Positions 48,984 through 60,900 of a stretch of DNA of 64,000 bases are shown here, piece by piece; position 1 is the first letter of the stretch; every line of letters begins with the position of its first letter. Made by a program: the position numbers and the translations under genes. The DNA comes from Styela clava (taxonomy: Eukaryota): NCBI RefSeq assembly GCF_964204865.1, contig NC_135251.1, forward strand, positions 24,614,001 to 24,678,000, read 5' to 3'. The notes below the pieces were generated by a model. That model did not search any database and was not told the DNA's origin. It saw only the letters and a program-made list of their open reading frames with translations.

Positions 48984-51900
48984 ATGATGGACCATTATTG
49001 TGAACGGCCATCTGCGGATATGAATTCACATGAAAATTACTGGACTGACATTCATGCAAAGAAAGTGAGAGTTAACAGTGTTACAGTTAAAAGAAAAATC
49101 GGTCGGAGAAGGACTTCTACAGATTTCAATATGTGTAAAACTAATAAACTTTATCATAACCCTAATTTAATGTCCATATTTTGGATAAGTTTTCTCGTGA
49201 TTCACTTATGTGCCTTTGCTTCTACGAACGCTGAAAATTTTGGCATTGAAATTGAACCTAGTCAAAAACTTTTTGATATTGATCTTGAAAAGTTGGATGA
49301 TATCGACGATTTCTCTTCGACGCCGACAAGATTTGATTCGTTCGGAACAAATTCAAATATTGGCGGAAGAAACCTTCATATGTTTGCGGTGACGGGCCAT
49401 GTTTTCAATCGGTCTTTGGCGGAAGAACTACTGAAGTTTGACAAAGGCGTGATGTCTGAAGGCGACACTTTGAAGGTGAGAGTAACATTTTTAAACACTT
49501 ATTTCTTATGTTTGGGTTATATGAAGGCTTGTACACGATGCGAATGGACGAAAATAACCCGTCTCTATCGTACTTTCGGTGTTATAGCTTTCTAAATGCG
49601 ACTGTGACAGATTCCTACCTTGTTGCGTTACTCATTCTAGATCAGGTGTAGGCAATTACTTTTCTGAGTGAGCCAGTTACAGATAATAGACTGTGTTACT
49701 GGGTCGGAGCTTCAGAACTCAATATGAAAAACTATGAATAAAAAACAGTTTATTCACAACAACTAGGCTAACGTTGGTATAATAACGAGAAGCACAATGT
49801 AACAATCGGGGTCATTATGACGTGTTTTTCATGGATGTTTTCAACGGTAATTTATACTTATAAAAACTATAGTCGTAATTTCAGCAGACACAAGTGGGCC
49901 GGACCCGGCCCGCGGGCCGTGATTTGCCCACTCCTATTCTAGATTGCGTACTATGCTGCAAGGATTCACTGATGTCATGTCAAAATGGAATTATTTTCAA
50001 GTTAAAATATTCAGTTCCACTGAGATAATCAATTTGTCATTCTGAACCAGAGCATAAATAATATCCAGTGCGTATAAAGATAACGTGAGTGATTACAGTA
50101 ATCATAAAGCCCTTAAATGATTACTCTTTCTAACTAAGGGACGATTTTCGCCAGTATTGATTAGATTTCTTGCCGCTGCCTTTTCGGATAAATGCGACGG
50201 TCCATTTACTTATGAATATTGGCACAAAATAGGTAATAAAAGATTTTATCGTCATATTTCCAGCAACTTGGAAACAATAAATCGATATTAGCACATATAG
50301 TGCAATGAATGGAAAGTCAAATGTCACTAAAATAACCCTACCATCAGACGAAAGGTTGTTTGGGCGAAATGGAATGTCAGGCTGGGCAGTTCAAGTTGTC
50401 TGGGTTTTCAGCATCTTTAAAATTTTGTTTGCATTATCTACGTAACTCTATTATTCAGAGCGACATTTGGCTGTTTTAAAATTTTGTTGTTGCTACCCCT
50501 TTGAGTTATTAAATACACAATCTTTTTCAGTAATTGTTTTTTATAATTAAAGCTAATTATATCTACATAAGTAAATAATAGATCCAAGTATAGGAATAAA
50601 ATCCTATTTTTACCTCGGTAACTATTTATGTATTTGAACCAATACAGGATATCACGGAAGTCAATAACCTGTAAATAACACTTAATCTAATATGTTAGAT
50701 TTGTGATGCTTTCCGGCAAAGTAAGTGGTACAACGGATATGTGAGATAATTAAATGTTGCTGTACACCATCTGTTATTAACTGGCCGTTAATTAAAAATG
50801 GAGAAATACATTACACTGGTGTAAAACAGTCCTTTTTTGCTGACTGAACCAGACCGAACTCGAAATTGCCAAATTTTAATCCGAAGCCGTTCCAAGTTTT
50901 CAAGGGGTGCTCCTCCATTGCCTTTGAGGTTGAGCGCAAATAGCGTAAATAGCTCAACCTCCAACGATTAAATATATAATAATTATCGTGTTCGGTAATC
51001 TGTGTGATTTTCTATACAAAACTAGGGACTTGCGATTTTGTTTGGGACAAGTCTTTGTTCAGAAGTTTAAAATCAAACTGGCATACAGCCCGACTTTCAA
51101 CATTGATAGAAAATACTTTCCATTAGATCTTTAAACACTACACTTTGCCCTTTCTACACAGATGAAAGTGACATTGCATATTATTTATCACTTTTTCATC
51201 AATGGGCGCATAGATTATCAAAATCTGCTTTTGTATAATCACACATGTTCATAATATAACTAGCGGTTTAAGTCTATTTGAAACTTCCAATATACTTTTA
51301 ATGGGTTTTCATGTTTCTGTCGTTTAATCGACTGATTTTGTTGAATGGACCGTTTTGTTCAATCGTGTAATTTAGGAAAAGTAAACTGTAAAGTCAATCC
51401 ATTAAGATTAGTGTTTAAATATACTTAAAATTATTTAAACATTCGTACGATGTACGAACAGCTTTTGATAGTGTAGATTCTCGTCGCAAACGTGAATATC
51501 AATGAATTATAACACGTTTTCGGGATCCGAAATTTCCCGTAATCACCGAGTAATTGTTAACGTTTAGTTTTTCATTATTTTCTCGGAATATTAGGCCTGT
51601 TGTCTAACACTAATTAATGAATTTAATGTTGAAATTCTTGCCTCTTAACGTATCATGAACGAGTTGAATATAAGAAAAGGGGTTACAAATATATTCACAA
51701 ATTCGAATACAACACGATACATTGACGTTTATTGACTTATAAAATAAAGCAAAATTTATCGTGGAATTCAATTTTCTTTCATTACATCAATTTTTTTTTA
51801 AATTGGCATTTAAGAAAATTACTTCGCAATTTTTCTGAAACATGTTAATACCATGCGACTATTAACGGGGTACAAATAAATTTCTCGGTAAGTTGACAAC

Positions 51901-54900
51901 GTAATTTTATCCTTGCTCATTTCTACAGGATTACCAGCCCTAAAATCTTCGACAATGATGCACAAATTGTTGTGAATATCTCATGTTTTATGTAGCTCTA
52001 TTTGTGTGGGTAAATATCTTGGACGCGATTGTAATTCAGCTTTTTTTTTATCGAGATTGAAATCTCTAATTTAGCCATTATTCAATTTTGAGTACAGAGA
52101 TTGTCTCACGGTCAAATTCTCATCAGGTTATTTATATTCGTTAAACCAGAATTGCAAACTATTAAATCAGATTTTTTTGATAAAAGATTTTTAAAAGAAA
52201 GGTACTAAGCTTCCAAACAAAATTGTGTAGAGCACTGATAAAGTATTGAAAGGGCGGCTATAGTAGACCCTATTTATAAAAAGTATAAAGTCAAAGCATA
52301 ATGAAACACTAGTAATGTGCTTGATTTATATGGCCCACCAACGGAATCTTGCAAATGGAGGATTAAAAGGCAACTTGACAATTCTATTATCAAGAGTTTG
52401 GCAACGATGACAAGATTGTTGTTATAAACTGAATGTTAGTCATTGTTACCTCCAAGCCTTGTCATTTAAAAGGGTCATCCTCAGACCCACTTTTATGCGA
52501 GTAAGTGGAAACGTTTAGTAGGTTGAAGATTTGATTTGCTAATGTGCATTAGTCCGCATGGCATGATGACCAAAATTGATGGAATTTCAGTTTCCATATT
52601 CTTAATGATTTCGTTTCAATAACTATTTCTATTCAGTCAGCATGAGTTCTAATACTAGAGAATTTGAATAAACCAATTTTTTCAATTCAATGTACACATA
52701 TTCAATTGATTTCAATGCGAACAAAGCCCTAAAATAAATACCTGACGAAAAACCTGAACAGAGAATCAAATGATTGATTGCCGATGTGTGATTTTAGATT
52801 CTAGGAGAAACGCCTATTTGCCGCTGAGAAAAATTCCTATCGTATATATTTCCTGCCAGGCTTAGTTATGAGTGGTGGTGAATAAATTGGTATTATTTTA
52901 CTGTTTGCGTTGGATATATTTTTTTTTGCCATATTTTATTTAAAGGAATTCCAAGTATTACCTTATCATATACCCGCCGTTACCCATTCTACATTAAGAG
53001 ATATGATTGTCACAGGGAATCCGTTTGAATTGAATGATAACTGATCATCAATTATGACTTACTCATATATTTGATACCACTAGTCAGAAATTGCTTTTTA
53101 CTTGATACAGACACCAAGATTAGATGAATGTTGATGTGAGGTTCTTATCAAGGGAATATGGAAGAGTAACTATAAATATATTCCCTTTGTCCAGAATAGA
53201 TAATTTTGTGTCTTCGAAGCGATTTTAAGACTTTGCTTTTTTGTGGAAGCAAGATTTTTCATTCCTTCAATATTATTTTGGGTTGTTATCCTGCTTCCGA
53301 CGCTGTTTGCGTTCGTGTCGAACGGATAACATTTCGCATTTTGGCCTTTTGTATTTCTGACAACGTTTGTCCAAAATCGATCAAAGGGGTCGTCGTAAAT
53401 AACATGCTTTGAATACAAAGCAATGCTTTGGTGTATCAAACGTGTGTTAGTGGTAAATTGAACTCCGGATACGTTATGTATCAATGGTACATATTTGATC
53501 AGGAAAAAAACAGGGATAGAATTATAAAGCAAGATTTATTTGACGTAGATGTTTGATTTTCGATATACGTAGATCCAAATTTCAAAAATTTTGAACAGAT
53601 CGAAAAAGGGTCAATATATCACTTTAAACCATTAAAAATATAAAATCTTTTATTTTTGAAATAGAGTAAAAACTTATACTGTGAAAATTAATTCAAGTAG
53701 AGTACAAATGCCAATTACTGTAAAATACAAGTAGTTTTGTAGAAGTATTTCGAACAGTCTTCATAACAATGTACATTTCGTACAATTCACCTTTCGCTGA
53801 CTGCTTCCGGAAGACAAGATAGTTCTTCTGCTGATGTGTTTATTATGTTGGGATCTTGTTCCACTTTCGTGTAGAAGGAATAACCTTTGACCTATTTTAA
53901 TGTCGCTGTACTATTTGTATTACAACATGCGACTTGGTGTTTACAAGGTAATATTAATATGATTGCCATATATTCATCAGAAAGTCATTTCTTTTTGTTA
54001 TTCTGAATCTAAAACACGACTAATTTCATTAATGGAATGCGGAGAACATAGACGGGAATTAAGGATAATAGACCCGAAGGCCTCATTATACATTTGATAT
54101 TCATATTCATAGTGATATTCATATTATAGGTCGATATCACTGTATTTGTATGTTAGGGTACAATTTGAAGCAATTGGAAGATAATAAACCTACATTTTAG
54201 CATATGAAAAATGATTAATGTTTTTTTTTTGCATATAATAAATAAATTCACTGCTCGGACGTCCCATTAAGTTAATCAATAGGGCTTGTCTTTATAGGGA
54301 CGTAAACCTTGCATGTGTTTTGACATTGCTGGCGTTTTCGGTTTTCGATACTATTAAAAATTCATGCTTATACAAAATAAACAATAACATTTTGAAGTTG
54401 GAGTTTTACGTCAGAATACACCATTTACACATCGTACATATCTAGCTATTCAGTGGGTAAAGGGTGTTGATTAGATAGGTACATACTTTATTTTGAATCT
54501 AAGTCTGTTCAATCACTATCTACATATGTGGTAAAGTAAATTGAATTAGAAAACTGCAAACACATTCAACGTTCCACACTTATTTTTCTACTGAACAGCT
54601 GATTCTTCCTTACTAGTTTCTCGTATGGTGTCTTATTTGCTACCGTGTTATCAGAGAAAATTCACCCGAAGTGTGTTTTAATTAAGGAATGTGAAAAAAA
54701 AGAATGCCATACCAACTGGTAAATATGATGTACAATATGTAGGATGCCGACGCCATATATATTTGTGTATTTTTCCCACTCCTCAAAAATATATGTTGTA
54801 TCTGTATCGTGTTATGTCTGTAGCCGAAATTTAATTTTTGCTTGTTTCCCCTCACACTGCCCCCTGAAAATAGTAGAAAAGGGTTTAGGAACATGAAGTG

Positions 54901-57900
54901 AATGTACATGACATTATAACGGTATTCGTATTCATATACAGTATTGTACTTGTTTATTCAACCAGCTAGGTTCTTTATTCTTCAGTCATTCGAGCGGGCA
55001 ATCATAGATAGCAAATTATTTAGTATTAACAATGGTTTTTGAGTCACTCTGGGTGGTACTCTTGTCTTGGTGTTTTGGATAAAAAGGATCGCCTTCTCGG
55101 CGCGGAATATACGTGAATACATAATGTAGCAGACGTCGAATAGTCGACACAAACAGAACTATATAAATTAGAATAATAAAAACGCGAGAGACGACGTGCT
55201 GACATTTGAGACGATTGTGTGTGTTTGTAGTCAACAAAGGTTTGAGCAATTATCCCGTTCTTAATGGGTTGTTGACGCGCCCAACCATTTCACTCAGTGA
55301 AAAGAACCGATCAATATCCGCTTGAACGTGATATTAAAAAGACCTGACAGGATACACTCATGAAAACAAATATCCAAGTGTCCCCCAATTTCGTAAATTT
55401 GAATGTGTATAGGGGTGATTTATACCGTCTTGTTAATGCTATTTGAATTGGGCATAACTAATTCTATTACATTCAGTATTGCTAATACAACCGCTGCTAC
55501 TATTCAGTCCACGAGATCGTTTTCTTAGATAAACAATATGTCGCGGACTGTTTGGCCAACAACAGATTAGAGAGATTTCGGCGGAAGTGCCGATAGGTGA
55601 TCTTGGACTCAGATGCGCTTGGTCTGGTGATTTCCTTCATACCATTTTTATAATGAACTAAATAAATTGGTTTGGCTCTGTCGGACCGGAAAGTTGTGGT
55701 CTTTGCTGCCACTTTATCTGCGAACTTTTGAGTGGCTACTTGTCTAAATATTTCAACGCTAATAAAAAAGGTTTCAACCTAACTTTAAGCAATGTTATCA
55801 CAGTTCGGAAGCTTGCTTTGTAAAGTCTTTTATATAAACCCACCACTCGAGAACAAAAGCATGAATTACATCTTATATGACGTGAAGTTTTTTCGATTTT
55901 CAAAAGTGTACTTTACAAAGCTTTTTATATGTTTGTTGCCAAACCGGACGTCATCTTAAGTACCGGAATCATATACCTGTTGTTTATTGCACAAATATAA
56001 CTTATCATATTTACGCGTGGATTTTGTTGTGTATACACATAAATAATGCAATTTACTATCATAACTTGACACTTATGTCATGTCAAAGTAACTTCAGGCA
56101 TTTTAGCAGATATTTGTGGTTTGAGGGAATAGACGAAATTCACTTATGTTCATACATATACTATGTTCATATTCGGGGTCGACAGAATTACCGTACAATT
56201 CCTCTCTCGCCGATTTAAATAGAGTTTATGAGCAAGAGAAAATTTGTGTGACACTGATTTTCAGAAATTGCTTGAAGATTTGCGGTCTTGTCCATTGGTC
56301 TTGCCATGGATCCTATAGGAGCATCTCGACAAATCCGGGCTGAATTCGATTTGAACGATTAGTTGAGGAGTTCCAACACGTGAACGTATGTGCATAATTA
56401 AAACAGGACATGATGTAAATCTAAATCAAATCCATAGCCAACAGACCATTCTGAAATGTCATAGTTATTTTCACCCAAATTAGAAATCTTTGTTTAGGGA
56501 ACGCACGCACTCAAATTGATTAGATCTTCGTTGCCTAGTGCCGAGTTTCCTCGGAACGCGACGCTCACTGATAAATGTGTACTGATGCGGACATTTTGTA
56601 GGTGATATTGCATATTATGATTTCGTTTTGTGAAATTAAGTATATATAAATTATTAAAGAGATATTGGGAAATGTACTAGCGTGTTTGGTTAACTATTTA
56701 TGTCATATTATAAAAGGGGTATAAAAAGTCGATTTGAACCAGCGTATATCAAGGGTTAGGGTTAAATGTATTTTATATTTGAGTTCAAACATGTAGCGTC
56801 TGTGTTTTGCAGTTGACAAAACATTTAAAACGTCTTGAATTGTAATTTGAAATATTTTATTGCAAGCCTGCAAGCGAATTTGTGCGTTATTCTATAACTA
56901 AAGCTTTTTTACAGCGTGGACTCATTGGCTGAGCGTTTTTCGTACCGAAAATTTAACTACCGGAAAATTACTGACAGTTGATATTATTTCTTCTAAATTT
57001 CGAACATCGATCATTATCTCTAACGAATATTTAATGATTTCGTAATGGCGTTGATTATTGGAGCATTACGATTTTCCATAAGAGAGTATTTTCTTTTGAC
57101 TACGTATAAGATACCATCGTCTTGCACCGATGATTACGTAGCATAAAAATGCCCATGGTCGCTATTACGCTGAACCATTCTTGAATACACGCACATTATT
57201 TGAAGTAGGAAATGAAGTCGTAATACAACACCAAAATCATTGTCATGGATCTCTAGATGTCAAGTTTAGATTTCACTCTTAACCTGTATATATGATGTCA
57301 ATTTTCGTTGGAGGGGAGATTTCTGAACTTTGGTATTCCGAAAAACATTCTAGGATATGGGATATATATATTCGAAATTCCCATGGCTAGGATTACTTCC
57401 ACAAAAATTATTTATATATTTGTAGCTTGAATTTCACAACGCAGAAATGTTAAAATGGACGTGCTAGAGGCGTTTTTGGTTCACTATACTTTCTAAAGTC
57501 CTCAAAGGTTCACATTACACATTTTTGGTCGGAGTGTCAAATGTTACGATCACAATATGAAAATATTTTCTAGTCATTCCTGAAATCATTTTTTTATATC
57601 GAATGGAAGTAATTTGGTTTGCAATTTCCGCGACGTTAATCCAATCTTCAATGAGATGTACATTTTACACCCGTTTAGAATGTGTAAGCTGTAAAGGATA
57701 AGGTTGGATAGTAGACACGCCTATTCTAGTCTAGGCGACAGAAAGTATCGTCCTAGTGTGTGTTGGTGAAAGCTGAATTATTATGTTCAAATATCCTAGT
57801 GGCCCAAATCTTGGTAATACAAGTTTCCATACACGAAGATCTATTTTGATAACTTATCTAATTCGTGTAACGCTCACAAACGCTACTTTGTGTAACGAGA

Positions 57901-60900
57901 CACTGTTCGACCCTTACGTCATTGCTTCCATCACAGCTGATGTTGTGCGAGTCGATTAATCTCATTAGATTAGCGTATTATCTTCTAGATAAGTATATAA
58001 TCTTTGTTGACAATATATCACATCGTGTCTTAGTAACCAACAATCACTTGTGTAGTCATGCAGGGGTCGTGCAAAACGAAATTTCGATTTTTAAAAATGG
58101 CCTAAGGAAAGATTACTTTATTCGTCTATGGTCCGTACTTGCCTGAGCATAGAATTACTTTAGGATACATAGTTCAAAATTTAGCGTAACTGGGCGGGGG
58201 ATGAGCTTTTAATAATGATGTATTACATAATGCTATAACGCGCATATTAGTACATAGCTATCCCTAATTTTTTAAGGGAGAAAACAATCTAAACTGGAAT
58301 ATTTTTATTTGTAATACCTTCGAAGTTATGAACTTCACTAATTATTAAACGGAGACAAATGATTTTTTTTCCTTCAATGAATTATTGTGTTCTTAATTAA
58401 TATTTTTTGTCGTGTTCTATACATTTCGTTGAAAAAGGTTTTAAATAAATTTTCAACACAATTTGCGATGTTCAAAAAAATATTACTTTAGCTGTTAATT
58501 TGAATTTTTATGAGTTTCTTTACGATCTTAAAAAATAAAAACAATATTTTAAATTTTTTACCGCGTCATCTAAGAGGTCTACTCATTGGCTTTGTTCGTT
58601 TTAATGTAATTTACAATTGGATAGCTTTTTCTTTATTGATCTTATTTTGAAAATGGCAATCTGAGTCTTTGTTCGTCTTTCATTTTATGTCGTGCAATAA
58701 TTGATTCGCACTGTGGGATCAGTTCAACTTTAATTGGATTTTGTTGTTTGTTCAAGTTTAAGACATATTGATTTTACAATGATTTTGATATTTTTCTATT
58801 CTTATTATAAATTGATTATAATTGATATTTTGCCTCTCAATATGTTAAATACGACATTGATATATTTTAGTCAAATCGGCGCTTCAGAAGTGTGTGTACC
58901 AACATGGAGGTAACTAATTTTGTTCGCCTACTTTACATCAAGTTATGTAAAGGGGCTAGAAGCCTATGGGCAGAGGGTATGGTATATTCACTAACACAAA
59001 CAGTCCCCGAACTCGTAATAGAACCAAAAAGGAGAATCGGAATAAAATTATGGACTAACCCTGTTCTGGTACACACTCTACGGGTGTACCGTCAAATTAG
59101 CCAATCAGGTTAATTGTATATAGTTACCAATTTAAAAACTACCCACATAAAATAATTCAATTTTTTGACCAAGTTGTAAAATGTAATTATCCAATAAATT
59201 GAAAATCCATCTCAAGTTTAACGTATGGTAATTCAGAATTTTTGTATATTAACATATATATAGATACTCATATGTGAGTTCCGATATAATGTAGTGCTTT
59301 TAAAAAAATTCATATTTATATCTAATAGTTGTATATAGTTTAGTGTGTTTCTTTCTTCTGCTCCTTTCTAGTTGGTGCCTATGTGTTGGTAGAAGTATGC
59401 ACCGACTGCGGGAAACTGTAGCAGTAATCAAACGTCAAATCGAGTAGTTCAAAACTATAAAAATCTGACTTTGGTCAGACGAATTCTTACAGAATAAAAT
59501 TGTTTAATATTGAAAACTACTTGTATAATAGATAACATATATTTATATTTCAAAAAAGCAACAACTATCTAAACATTACTTTATTCATTTCAGGTTCACT
59601 TCCCGACTTCTCAGTTACCTGACTATGAATGGATGGTATTTCGTGAAGACTCTGGATTGTTACAGGGCGTTCCACTACCCAGACACGAAGGTGTTAACAA
59701 TATATACGTTACCATCACTCATGTCAATACTCCTACAAAATCCAGTCTAACCCTCCCTTGCACAATTGAAGTAGTGACCGAAAAAGCGGCTCTCGGATTG
59801 CGGCAGGAATTGTCTCATCTTCCGAGGCTTAAAATCGACACCCTTTACATTTGTCCACATCATGAACCAGTAGCTATGGCCACAGTTGTTATGGAAGTAG
59901 ATCCAAGTGCCTTGTCGTTCACCGAGAGGTTACGGTGTCTTTTAAGTCTTTCTAGTTTTCTTGGCGTCCCTTGTAAAGACGTGACGTTGCTTTCACCGGA
60001 AAACTCAATAAAGAAAGAGAGCCCTTTCCTGTCTGGACCTGGTAATGTACCAAAATTCCGAACACATAGAGGAGATCGTGACGTCAGCGATTTGATGACG
60101 TTGTCGTGGCCGTTGGGTTGCAGTTCTGACATCATCGGTGACATTCCCGGACTGGACAAGCTAGAAACGACAGCAATAGACGGTTCTCTGGCGCAAGCTA
60201 TTGGATACGGCGTTGTAGAATGGCAAATTGTGAATAAAATACACCAAGTAAATCGAGTACACAGAACGAAACGGTTAGTGAGCATTTTGGATTTTCTAGC
60301 TCTCGCCTGTTTTTTTTTTACCTTGTTTACATTTGATCTCATTCGCGTATCTGCTGTATTACATGTTGTTTTCAGTTACATATTATAAAACAGCCTTTGT
60401 AGTTTCAACTTTGCACTTGTAATATTTTTAGGCAAGTCGGAAATGCTGACAGTCCATATCCAAGAAGATCTAACCAAGGAGAAACAGAAGAAACCGAATT
60501 GATCAACCCCAGCGGAGCGAGGTCAAGGGTCGCGGTCAACATGATCCGCCCCAGCGCAGTTGTTGGAATACCTATCATGGCTTCCAAAATGGTAACACCG
60601 CCGTTGGCCAGAACACAGAAAGTCGTACCACCCCATACTCCATATATAACCAAGCCTTCGCGATCCAAGACGCGTGCACCACCTCAAGTACCGACTAACG
60701 AGGCACCCATGATGTTGTTCGGTATGGAAAATGTTAAAGCAATAGAAGGAACGTACATGGAATTCAGAATTCCTCAGGATACGTTCATCGATCAAGAAGA
60801 AGGAATGACAAGAAATCTTGAATTGCAGGTTATTACTGATTATATATATAAATCTTCACGTAAATTTAAAAAATACTGTAATCAATCTTTTTTTAACTAC

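Noticed and set aside
53170-53532. 120-aa minus-strand ORF in the 10-kb dystroglycan intron (nested gene?)
   Set aside because: TTG start, no recognisable domain and no supporting splice partners.
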